Shown one piece after another: positions 1 to 8,810 of a stretch of 64,000 nucleotides of DNA. Position 1 is the stretch's first letter. Each line of letters starts with the position of its first letter. This DNA comes from a virus (taxonomy: Duplodnaviria > Caudoviricetes). The notes under the pieces were generated by a model, which worked only from the letters and a program-made list of their open reading frames with translations, was not told the DNA's origin and did not search any database. The stretch lies in the IMG/VR virus record IMGVR_UViG_2885358051_000002, positions 1-64,000 of that record; one strand, written 5' to 3'. Made by a program: the position numbers and the translations under genes.

Positions 1-62
1 CGGGCACACCCTGCCAGACATGCAGCACCACCGGGCACACCCTGCCGGACATGGATCCACCC
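1..62. repeat. Two tandem ~31-bp GC-rich repeats (CGGGCACACCCTGCC(A/G)GACATG...)
   Basis: 1-31 cgggcacaccctgccagacatgcagcaccac and 32-62 cgggcacaccctgccggacatggatccaccc; a third copy lies at 389-418. Confidence 0.85.
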
Positions 63-388
63 GGAACACGAAAAAAGGCCGGCATTACCGAAACTGTTTT
101 GAGTTTCAGACATAGCCACGGCATACCCCCTTACCATTGGTTGCAAAGTGTGAGCAGAAACGGTAAACCCTTCAGGATTGAGGGCGGCAACGGAAAGCAA
201 AGCCGCGAAAAGTTTTTTATTTTTCATTTTGTTTTTTGTTTTATGCCTCACTGGAGGCGGTTATTTTTTTTGTTGGTGCAAAGTTATGGCTTTTATTTCA
301 TATTACAAAATAAAAACGGAATTATTTTTCGTTTTTCTTGAAAAATTATTTTTTTGACTCATTATTATATAAGAAATGGATCACCACC

Positions 389-418
389 GGGGCACACCCT
401 GCCGGACATGCAGCACCC
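389..418. repeat. Third copy of the left-end 31-bp repeat
   Basis: ggggcacaccctgccggacatgcagcaccc matches copies 1 and 2. Confidence 0.85.
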
Positions 419-767
419 ACGACACTGGCGCCGCTTAATCCGGCCGTAACCATCCAGGGCGGCCGGGGGCATATTTGCCACCCATCCAGGAGCAGGGGCG
501 GGGGGTGAAGGCACCAGTGTGGCGGCTGGTCAGCGGTGAGTTTTAGGGCTTTTGATTTTAGAGGGAATAAAAAAATGAGAGGTAAAACCTCTCATTTACA
601 TTAAGTTACGAAAATTTGTGATATATTTTTGGGAAGGTTGTTACAAACCCACCAACACAACAATTTGACTTTTTGCGTTGATTATCAGCACGTAAAGAGG
701 AGAGAAAAAATAATGAATTTCAACAAAAGGATGCTTTTGTGGCATTTTTTCGCTGAAAGATTAGTTT

Positions 768-838
768 TTTCCTTTGGTTCATCTACTTTCCTTTGGTCCG
801 GTCAGATTGCTTTGGTTTAGACACTTTTCCTTTGGTTC
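768..838. repeat. Four iteron/operator-like direct repeats TTTCCTTTGGT(T/C)C at 19-20 bp period
   Basis: Copies start at 768, 787, 806 (degenerate ATTGCTTTGGTTT) and 826. Confidence 0.7.
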
Positions 839-841
839 GGT

Positions 842-878
842 TCATACGGTGAAGGGAGTAGGTCACTTCACCGTATGA
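842..878. repeat. 13-bp perfect inverted repeat (hairpin)
   Basis: TCATACGGTGAAG (842-854) / CTTCACCGTATGA (866-878), 11-nt loop. Confidence 0.8.
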
Positions 879-1041
879 TGGGTTCTTTAGGGATGAATGC
901 GGAAAAGTTATGAGTGCAAAATCGGATGATATTGATATTACACAATCAGATAAAGTCGCCAAACTCAGCGCACATTTATTACAAGAAAGTTGATTTGATA
1001 TAACGTATTTTATAAAGAGAGTTTTGATGATTTTGTTGTGC

Positions 1042-1434
1042 TTATTTTACTTTCTTCAGTCTGTATGTGGAGAGTTGCATTTCGGATTTGTCGGGTGTGA
1101 GCCATTCGATAGTCCAGACAGCCAATAGCGTTTCTCCTGTATTAGGGAATTTTACGCCTATTTCTTGCGGATAAACAGAATTGACGGTTTGGTATTTTCC
1201 ATATTGATAACTGCCGACCATTCCGTAGTCAATAGAGAACGTACCGTTATCCTCGAAATCAAAAACATAATCTTGGTTGTTGTCAATAGCAACCCAATGC
1301 CCTTTTAGATCATTAGCGTTCCAGTAGGATGTGCCGATTACTGATTCGTCATCATCGTCGCTGCATGACTGGAAAGAGAGGGAAAATAATGAGACAATAG
1401 CCATCAAAAGGAGGGAAAAAATTTTTGCTTTCAT
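1042..1434 (-). CDS. Bacteroidetes-type outer-membrane lipoprotein (lipocalin-like)
   Basis: MKAK + hydrophobic stretch + lipobox FQSC, followed by acidic SDDDDE. Confidence 0.75.
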   Translation of the reverse strand: MKAKIFSLLLMAIVSLFSLSFQSCSDDDDESVIGTSYWNANDLKGHWVAIDNNQDYVFDFEDNGTFSIDYGMVGSYQYGKYQTVNSVYPQEIGVKFPNTGETLLAVWTIEWLTPDKSEMQLSTYRLKKVK

Positions 1435-1492
1435 AATTTCTTGATTTAATGAGTTTATGTATGAATGAATTTATGAATTGATGAAATGAGAA

Positions 1493-1870
1493 TTAACGTT
1501 TTCGCATTAGGTCTCGAAAGATGATGTAACCCATGAATGGATGTTTGGAGATGCCGAAAAGGGCAAGGACGCAAAGTGGAATGAAGAAAAAGACATCACC
1601 TATCGCTGCAAGAACAAAGAGAATAATCAGCCATGGAGAGTTTTTTTCATTGTCTTTCGTTGTATTCTGCGATTCCGTATCTGCATCAGATGTATTCTGT
1701 TCATGTATGTTATCCGGAAGCAGTACTCCCGTGGACAACGATTCCTTGGGAGTTGCGATTGAACTGACGTAGGATGCTTCAGGTGGCACCATGTTGGGAA
1801 TGATGTAGAGTTCCACTTGCTCTTCTTGCTCCGTCTGTTTTTCTTTTTTTACAGTTTCGTCCTTATCCAT
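1493..1870 (-). CDS. Membrane-anchored hypothetical protein
   Basis: Acidic N-terminal region and C-terminal hydrophobic segment WLIILFVLAAIGDVFFFIPLCVLALF. Confidence 0.6.
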   Translation of the reverse strand: MDKDETVKKEKQTEQEEQVELYIIPNMVPPEASYVSSIATPKESLSTGVLLPDNIHEQNTSDADTESQNTTKDNEKNSPWLIILFVLAAIGDVFFFIPLCVLALFGISKHPFMGYIIFRDLMRKR

Positions 1871-1882
1871 TGTATAAAAATG

Positions 1883-2200
1883 TCAGTTGGTGATAATTTT
1901 TGTTCCATCCACTTCTATCACGAGGTAGTCTCGTAGCCAACGGATTTCGCCGGAGTCGATGAATTGGATCATGCGCTGGTGTGTGCGACGGTTCACCTTG
2001 AGACAGATGGCATTACCCTGTTCGAGTATGCCTTTGCCGGTGATGAAGCGGACAAAAAAAGGTACACGCTGTATTTCCTTAGCTGACTGTGGAGGGTTGT
2101 AACCTGTGGTGACGAGGTTTGTGCGCAGGTCACGCCAGGAAAACTTCTCCATGTAGTTGCGGAGGTTCTGCCATGATTGGGTAGGTTGTATTTTGGGCAT
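1883..2200 (-). CDS. Phage hypothetical protein
   Basis: 105-aa ORF co-oriented and tightly packed with neighbours. Confidence 0.6.
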   Translation of the reverse strand: MPKIQPTQSWQNLRNYMEKFSWRDLRTNLVTTGYNPPQSAKEIQRVPFFVRFITGKGILEQGNAICLKVNRRTHQRMIQFIDSGEIRWLRDYLVIEVDGTKIITN

Positions 2201-2211
2201 AGTCAGTACAG

Positions 2212-2637
2212 TTAAACATTTCCTGTTTCCACACCTTCTTCCTGTTCTTTCCCTTCCGACTCATCTTTTTCCATGTCATCCTCTGCATTGATGGGTACAA
2301 TGGCAAACTTTTGATTGCAGGATGGGCACGTGAAAATGTTGTCGGCAGGGGCATTCTCATGAATACTGGAAATAGAGGAAAGAACAGCCTGTGAAGCATT
2401 GGGGTCTGCGGAAAAATCGAAAAAATCGAAAAACGAGCATCCTATAGCATCCGCCATCATCTTGACGTGCATGATGGATGGTGCATAATTGACCAAGGAA
2501 TGAATAGTTGTGACAGACAGGTTCATACGTTCTCCCAACTCCTTATAAGATATGCCATGCGCACGGATTATGCGCTTTGCTACATACCAAGACGGTGTTT
2601 CCGTGCGTGTCGAAAATTTGGATGTTCTTCTTTCCAT
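2212..2637 (-). CDS. XRE/Cro-like HTH regulator with C-terminal CxxC
   Basis: AHGISYKELGERMNLSVTTIHSLV helix-turn-helix pattern; FTCPSCNQKF. Confidence 0.7.
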   Translation of the reverse strand: MERRTSKFSTRTETPSWYVAKRIIRAHGISYKELGERMNLSVTTIHSLVNYAPSIMHVKMMADAIGCSFFDFFDFSADPNASQAVLSSISSIHENAPADNIFTCPSCNQKFAIVPINAEDDMEKDESEGKEQEEGVETGNV

Positions 2638-2654
2638 TGTGTTCTTTATTTTTA

Positions 2655-2664
2655 TGCAAAGGTA
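2655..2664 (-). promoter_or_regulatory. Bacteroidetes sigma-A -7 element for the HTH gene
   Basis: Minus strand TACCTTTGCA (TAnnTTTG consensus), 17 nt upstream of the HTH start. Confidence 0.65.
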
Positions 2665-2852
2665 GTGTAATATGATGATTTATGAAAGTAAAACGGAAAT
2701 AATTTTTTATATTGTTGCCTAATAAATAAATTTTAAGCGGAAAAAAGTATGGGAAAGTGGTCAAAAGTTTCTGAAGACATGGTATCTCAAAAAATCGCCA
2801 TGGTGTCATCACGACAGCACGGCGACAAACATAATCGTATAAAAAGAAAATT

Positions 2853-5477
2853 TCAAACCACAAAAAATTCAACGATAAGGTCTTGTAAACCATCTTTTGC
2901 AGAGACAGAGTAGGAGAGCTTGTTGATGAATCCTACCAGGCCGTTGATGCGAAAACGGCGTTCCCAGTGATTAGGTACGTCGGCCACTTGTGCTGCCGAG
3001 CATTCTATACGGATAGTATATTTGCGTCGCTTGAGAATAAAATGGGCGTATTCAGATAGGAAGGTGTCAAAAAGTCCGCGCGACTTAATTTTCTTCTCTA
3101 CCTCACCTGTTGAAGAATTGATAACATCCGCATCAATAAGTGGGGCATCGGCCCATTCAGGCTGTTTCCATGCCCGGATTTTGAGAGAAAATCGTTCACC
3201 ATTTCCGATACCCTCCTGTGTACCGTTATAGTCATACTCGTTGCCCCACATATCAATAGAATCGGAAGTGAGCGCATAGAGACCTGCCACGCTTCGCCAT
3301 TTTGAGTTACCGAAACCATCATAATTATAATCATAAATCTGATAAGTAGCATTCGTACCACCACCACGCATTATGGCTATTGCCAGCCCCCAGTCGATTG
3401 ACTGCAAGGGAGAGTTTCCATCCTCAGTTCCGGAGGGGTCATAATTCTCTTCCAACTTTATCACCATGTCAATGGAGTATTCACAGATGTTGGATGCAAG
3501 GTTCTGCCGGATTCGTTGCTCAATAAACTCATGTTCCATATCCTCATCTATGAAAGCCGCGAGGATTGGTTCACAACCTTGTGGATTCAGGATTACCGAT
3601 TGTCCATCGCTCTTGTAAGAGCCAGATGCCGTCGCTATCTCTTGCTGGTAATTTACATCATTGAACACCATCGGCTGAAAGTCACTGCTTATCTCCTCCA
3701 CGAAGTCCTCATTGAGTTCCGAACAGTCACCCAGTTCCACTCCTTTATACTGTCCTACCTCGAAGAGGACCGGTTTAAGATCCTGTGCCTTCTCCGCATC
3801 CGAGTTTACCTTAATGCGGTAAGCATTTCCCGTCTTCTTGTCGATATATACATTCATGTTGCCGCTGGCATTATTCTGCTGTGGTGCGCGGAAAATCTCA
3901 TTATAGGTTTTATCCGTTATCGTAGATTTCTTTGGATAGTCGATGTAGTCATAGTCCGTATTATAGTCTTTAACGCCTTGGCGCACATTCGCCTTTTGTT
4001 CCTTGCTGGTACTTTCCTCACTGTAGCACATGCGAACCCCAGTAATTTTCTCCGCCACCTTGTGCATGGAAATCACCTTGCCGGGAAAGTCGATAGGTTC
4101 TTCCTGAGAGCGGAATACCTCCCGGACAAAGTAGGCACGCACATGCTTTTTCTCGTAGTTATACTCAAACTTAATGCCAAATGATGCAAAGAGAGAGTCG
4201 ATGATGGTAGTCACACTCTCATCTGGGAAATTGTCGCTGTTGGCATACATCAGCATGATGTTCGCCTGAATCTTGCGTTCTATGACAGAAGGAAACACCG
4301 TAATTGACGACACGCCATCCGTTCCCACGTTTGCGATATATCTCTGTCCGTCTGAAGCCACATAATCTACACTATTCACCTGCATGTTCTGTCCATCATG
4401 GAACTCAAAAGAACCGCCACAACCACGAGAAGACAGCCAGTTGTTGATGTCATTTATGTCGGTAAAAAATGGAGTAGAACGATTGGGGTACTTATGTTCT
4501 TCGTCATACTTACAGTGTGTAGTGAAGAAACACAGGCGCCGCATGTCATCCACCTTCATCAGCTCCGAGTTGTCGAACGAGACACCAAGATAGGAAAAGA
4601 GGCAGTCAAGGAAGTAAAGCACATAGAAGCAGATGCCCGACTGCTGCCGATCGGCATCAAGTACCCAATACGGCCAGTGCTTATTATGTCCAGTCTTCTT
4701 AGTGATAGGGTCAATAGAATCTGCCGTCTTTTTCCCATCCTCGTCAATGCCATGATGATAATAAGCCACACGCGCATTGCAGTATTTTGCCGATGGATAT
4801 GATTCAGACACATTGATATAAGACCTCTTCACCTTCGGGCGGTTCACAGCATTATTGTCGGCATAAGGTTCCACTGAGTTCACAATAGCCTGTTCTTTTG
4901 TCCCTGTGGTATAGCACTCCCCAGGGTAAGAGAAACCGAGTGCCTGCGGAGTAAATACCGCTACAGCAGATTCTGCCGTGGACGGATATTCGTTTATGTC
5001 CCCCTTTTTCCCCTCAAACTTCACTTGCACGTGATACTTGTATTTCAGTGAAGCTGTCACGTCACCGATTTTTTCACCAATAAGGATTTTATCTTTCAGT
5101 GGAACGTCGCGGCATGATAGGGTACCTATCAAGTCGTCAATAGAATGTTCGGACGCCGTGATGTTCATGGTCAGTGCACCATCCAGTTCCTCGTCTTCCG
5201 AAGTCACAAGCGTGCCCGAACGGAACGGCTGATTATCTACAACGATACGCATCTTCGTGTGTTCGAGCGAAACAGGTCGGTCAATGTTTGCAGGGTCATC
5301 GATGTTGCCAAGCAGGAAGCGGTTTCCCTCCATTGGCATACGAACCGGATAACTGAACATCTCGTTCTCGTTGAAAAGCGGGTTCTGATCGTCTATATCA
5401 ATGGAGAAATCATCGGGCAGGACAAGCGGAATCTGCTTTCCGTTCTTTTGAGCGGTTATGGCGATATGACTATTCAT
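2853..5477 (-). CDS. Minor tail/structural protein (874 aa)
   Basis: Long ORF at the end of the portal-holin operon; N-terminus (SIDIDDQNPLFNENEMFSYPV) resembles Bacteroidales siphophage tail proteins. Confidence 0.55.
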   Translation of the reverse strand: MNSHIAITAQKNGKQIPLVLPDDFSIDIDDQNPLFNENEMFSYPVRMPMEGNRFLLGNIDDPANIDRPVSLEHTKMRIVVDNQPFRSGTLVTSEDEELDGALTMNITASEHSIDDLIGTLSCRDVPLKDKILIGEKIGDVTASLKYKYHVQVKFEGKKGDINEYPSTAESAVAVFTPQALGFSYPGECYTTGTKEQAIVNSVEPYADNNAVNRPKVKRSYINVSESYPSAKYCNARVAYYHHGIDEDGKKTADSIDPITKKTGHNKHWPYWVLDADRQQSGICFYVLYFLDCLFSYLGVSFDNSELMKVDDMRRLCFFTTHCKYDEEHKYPNRSTPFFTDINDINNWLSSRGCGGSFEFHDGQNMQVNSVDYVASDGQRYIANVGTDGVSSITVFPSVIERKIQANIMLMYANSDNFPDESVTTIIDSLFASFGIKFEYNYEKKHVRAYFVREVFRSQEEPIDFPGKVISMHKVAEKITGVRMCYSEESTSKEQKANVRQGVKDYNTDYDYIDYPKKSTITDKTYNEIFRAPQQNNASGNMNVYIDKKTGNAYRIKVNSDAEKAQDLKPVLFEVGQYKGVELGDCSELNEDFVEEISSDFQPMVFNDVNYQQEIATASGSYKSDGQSVILNPQGCEPILAAFIDEDMEHEFIEQRIRQNLASNICEYSIDMVIKLEENYDPSGTEDGNSPLQSIDWGLAIAIMRGGGTNATYQIYDYNYDGFGNSKWRSVAGLYALTSDSIDMWGNEYDYNGTQEGIGNGERFSLKIRAWKQPEWADAPLIDADVINSSTGEVEKKIKSRGLFDTFLSEYAHFILKRRKYTIRIECSAAQVADVPNHWERRFRINGLVGFINKLSYSVSAKDGLQDLIVEFFVV

Positions 5478-5485
5478 TCTTCATA

Positions 5486-6013
5486 CTATATTGATATATC
5501 AATGGCACTTAGACCGGAGAATGTTCGATAGAGTTGCACGGACACTTCACGGCCATAGTAATCTTCAAGGTATCTTTGCATACGGCCTTGTAGATGCCGC
5601 ATTTCCATCATTATGGCAGGGCGATGCGTATCGCCATCTCGAGAATCCCAGATAGACACATAGCGACGTTGGTAGCGAGCCTTGCGGTCGTGTTCCACTT
5701 TTTCCCATGGACGACCTGCCCCCACACCCATATCCACAAAGCGCAGGTACTGATTGAACTCAATGCGAATGGTCTCGTTACCTACTCCAGATGACATCAC
5801 TTCGTAGGTAAAAGAGCGAACTCCACTACCTGTAGCAAACCAGTCTCCACGCTTCTTACGCTCCTCATTCACTTTGGCAAAACCGGGATAAATCTCGGTC
5901 GGCCAAATGTGCTGAGTGCGAAAGTTCCTTTCGAGCGCCTGTACAGACTGGCGAGCGAACGTGCGCAGTACTACATTGACAGGGCGACGTGGAGTTTCTA
6001 TTCGTGTGGCCAT
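5486..6013 (-). CDS. Putative neck/tail-completion protein
   Basis: Basic 175-aa protein in the morphogenesis operon; function inferred from context. Confidence 0.45.
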   Translation of the reverse strand: MATRIETPRRPVNVVLRTFARQSVQALERNFRTQHIWPTEIYPGFAKVNEERKKRGDWFATGSGVRSFTYEVMSSGVGNETIRIEFNQYLRFVDMGVGAGRPWEKVEHDRKARYQRRYVSIWDSRDGDTHRPAIMMEMRHLQGRMQRYLEDYYGREVSVQLYRTFSGLSAIDISI

Positions 6014-6025
6014 GATGCGTAGGAA

Positions 6026-6673
6026 CTAAATAGTATCAGGAGAATCGGAATTATCGGATTTTTCTGACGGGTCAGAAGACTCTTCTATTTCATCTTGCTC
6101 CGAAATTTGTTGTTTGGCTATTTCCTCAGAGTATGCTTCTACGACCTCTTTCTTCTTAGCCTTCCGACGCAGATAGGAGAGCCGAGAAGTGGTCGTTGCC
6201 GTGAGCATGGCTATCTGGTCTTTGTCATTACCCACATAGGTGACGAAACGCTCCACGGTGGGAGTTGTTGCAGGAAAAGCATGAAGAGGCCCCTGCACAA
6301 TGGCATATCCCTCGGATCCATTGATGATGAGCAGAGAGTCCGTGATGGACTTATGGAAGTAAATCTCCACGTGGAAATCCACCGGGAACTCTCTTCTTAC
6401 GGAAGAAGACTCATCGGTTGTGGTGACGATTGTCAATGACTTAAGCCATCCCCGACGACGATACCATTCCAACACACGAAGAATAAGCAGTTCCGACTTT
6501 GGAAGCAGCAAAGTTATTTCAAGAGCAGAGCCAGCAAGATGGCTTACCGCCTTGATGATTTTCTCAAAAGTGACATCTCCATTAGACTGCCAAGTATAGA
6601 GCGGATATTCACGAAGCAAGAGAGGAAGCGTCCGCTCTACGCAGCACGGTTCCTGAAAATTGAACTTATCCAT
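6026..6673 (-). CDS. Phage hypothetical protein
   Basis: ORF 6026..6739; the likely start is ATG at 6673 (MDKFNF), which overlaps the upstream stop. Confidence 0.6.
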   Translation of the reverse strand: MDKFNFQEPCCVERTLPLLLREYPLYTWQSNGDVTFEKIIKAVSHLAGSALEITLLLPKSELLILRVLEWYRRRGWLKSLTIVTTTDESSSVRREFPVDFHVEIYFHKSITDSLLIINGSEGYAIVQGPLHAFPATTPTVERFVTYVGNDKDQIAMLTATTTSRLSYLRRKAKKKEVVEAYSEEIAKQQISEQDEIEESSDPSEKSDNSDSPDTI

Positions 6674-7232
6674 GTTTGTTATATTTTTCTTGATTGATAC
6701 AAATAACGCGCGGAGCAATCTGCTCCAGTTGGATGCCAAGGATGTTCCACTCCGCGTATTTTACGGGTATAGATCCCCATTCTGCCTTGTCGAGGTTGAT
6801 GCCTCGAAGCGCGGCCATCTCTGAAGCATTGAATACACGGCCGGATATAGGACAACGGCCAGTACGTTTCAATTCCCCAAGATATGCGAGCAAGTCCTGC
6901 GCATATTCATCCAGTTCCATCTGGATGCTTTCTCCCATGTCATCATCCTGTCGAGCATTCTTTGCCAATGAATTAGCCTTTGCCCTCGCCAAAAAGTAGA
7001 TTGAATGCGCATAGTTCACCGACTTGTTAGCCGAAGCCTGTGCATCAATCAGAACCGAGTAAGCCATGCAAGGAGACTTTGCCATATTCTGATTACGGAC
7101 AAACTCTGAATTTTCATTGATGGTACGTATTTTGTAAAAAGCCTTGTTTTTGGATCCCTTTTCAGGGTCGTGTGAGATAGGTGCATACATAGCAGCCCAC
7201 GATTCGAGTATGACAGAGAACTTACAGATCAT
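6666..7232 (-). CDS. Putative tail terminator/structural protein
   Basis: ORF 6666..7280; likely ATG at 7232 (MICKF) overlapping the holin stop. Function inferred from context. Confidence 0.45.
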   Translation of the reverse strand: MICKFSVILESWAAMYAPISHDPEKGSKNKAFYKIRTINENSEFVRNQNMAKSPCMAYSVLIDAQASANKSVNYAHSIYFLARAKANSLAKNARQDDDMGESIQMELDEYAQDLLAYLGELKRTGRCPISGRVFNASEMAALRGINLDKAEWGSIPVKYAEWNILGIQLEQIAPRVICINQEKYNKHG

Positions 7233-7734
7233 GTTGATGACGTTTTTCGTTAAGTAACTTTTCCAATTCCTCCTCGTCAATATCGAGATGTCTGGAAACC
7301 TTTGATGTCACTACTTTCTGAACCGCACGTGCCCATACAGCACCATTGCATGAAGACTCATTTTCAAGGATGCTAACGGATGTGCAGAGCACAAAAATAG
7401 CGGCTACGTACTGCCCCAAGTGTAGATTCCCGAGATGTCCGAGCAATTTATCGTCCACACCGACAGCGAGGAGGATGCAGAGCCATACCACGGTGAGGTC
7501 AGAAATCATCTTTGACATTCTTGCCGACTTTAGTTTCCCATCAGTTTTCGCATTAGGCAAAAGGCGTTTAATACGCCTGTTCAATCTGTAGGCCGTCAGA
7601 CAGTCAAGCATTACAGCAAACACGCAGAGCAGTGCATACGGCACTGTGGGTTCAAGGTAGGCCCAGAGAAATCCCAATACTGCGGCACAACAACGTGGAA
7701 AGAAGTTTTGTATGAAAGAGACTATAGTATTCAT
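7222..7734 (-). CDS. Holin
   Basis: Three to four hydrophobic segments, SILENE motif, charged C-terminus; typical phage holin layout. Confidence 0.7.
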   Translation of the reverse strand: MNTIVSFIQNFFPRCCAAVLGFLWAYLEPTVPYALLCVFAVMLDCLTAYRLNRRIKRLLPNAKTDGKLKSARMSKMISDLTVVWLCILLAVGVDDKLLGHLGNLHLGQYVAAIFVLCTSVSILENESSCNGAVWARAVQKVVTSKVSRHLDIDEEELEKLLNEKRHQHDL

Positions 7735-7746
7735 TATATATTAGGA

Positions 7747-8808
7747 TTAAATTGCCAAAGATGCAAGTGGTGAACCATTGATGTCGAGCTGCATGGAGAA
7801 CTGTACCTCGCAAATGCTATTCTCCTGCCTATTCAGACCGGAAATCGTTTCATCTGCAAGGATGTGGCATGGAATCCAGTTAGCACCAATCTTAATCCAT
7901 GCTTTTTTCGTCATCAGAAACTCGTGCATGAACCACGACTGCCAATAGATGTCGAGCGGACCGGATGAAAGTTTCCAAGTCTCGTAGTCGTTACTCTTAA
8001 TCACGACACCGCGTGAGAACTGCCCGAAAGTCTCCTGTATAGAGCGGATGTAAGATTCCGATGTCACGTTCATCTCCGTTGTGCGCAGAGAACATACCGA
8101 AACACTTTCGAGACATCCCAAACCATTTACAAACCGAAACTCGTACCGATCGGTACGTTGAGATGCAGGAAGCGCAAATACCTCACGACCATTAAGCACC
8201 TGCAGACCTTCCTTTGTGATGTTTACTACGGAGGATGTAGGTCCGGAAGAAATACCCGCCTCACTCACCGGAGCATCGAAAGACAGCGGCAGCACCATTG
8301 TCTCACCAACAGCCACCACCTCCGGTGATGAGAACGGTTTACGAGAGAAATGTTGCGCCAGTTTACTCTTTATAGTTTCAGAACCAGAAGCCAGCAAGCG
8401 TTCGAGGTCAGAATATGCCCCGAAGACCGCCTTATGACCTTTGGAATTTGTACTCCATTTATTGAAGTCATCCGGTACATCATGCGCTTCACCATTCAGC
8501 ATCCATTCATCGTGTGCATAGAGGTCATAGACAATATACGGATAAGCGGAAGGCGGTTCAACCGTATATTCGTAACTATCCGCCACCGCCCGCAGTGCCG
8601 AGGAAATATCAAAAGAAAGGATTTCCCCACTCTCGGCAGGAGAAGACAAAATAAGATCCATGTAGTTGCCACCATACAGTGCCGCATGAACAGCCAGATT
8701 AACCCTGTGGAATGCACATGCTCCATTGATAGAGTCAGCCTGGACCTTGTACGTGATGGGAGATCCACAAAGCGGAGAAGCCCCTTGAATGAGTAATCCT
8801 TTTGCCAT
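7747..8808 (-). CDS. Structural protein (putative)
   Basis: 353-aa beta-rich ORF directly downstream of the portal gene. Confidence 0.5.
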   Translation of the reverse strand: MAKGLLIQGASPLCGSPITYKVQADSINGACAFHRVNLAVHAALYGGNYMDLILSSPAESGEILSFDISSALRAVADSYEYTVEPPSAYPYIVYDLYAHDEWMLNGEAHDVPDDFNKWSTNSKGHKAVFGAYSDLERLLASGSETIKSKLAQHFSRKPFSSPEVVAVGETMVLPLSFDAPVSEAGISSGPTSSVVNITKEGLQVLNGREVFALPASQRTDRYEFRFVNGLGCLESVSVCSLRTTEMNVTSESYIRSIQETFGQFSRGVVIKSNDYETWKLSSGPLDIYWQSWFMHEFLMTKKAWIKIGANWIPCHILADETISGLNRQENSICEVQFSMQLDINGSPLASLAI

Positions 8809-8810
8809 AG

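Noticed and set aside
51-820. Plus-strand ORFs 51..341 and 629..820
   Set aside because: Low-complexity F/K-rich translations of repeat and T-tract DNA, opposite to the genome-wide coding strand.
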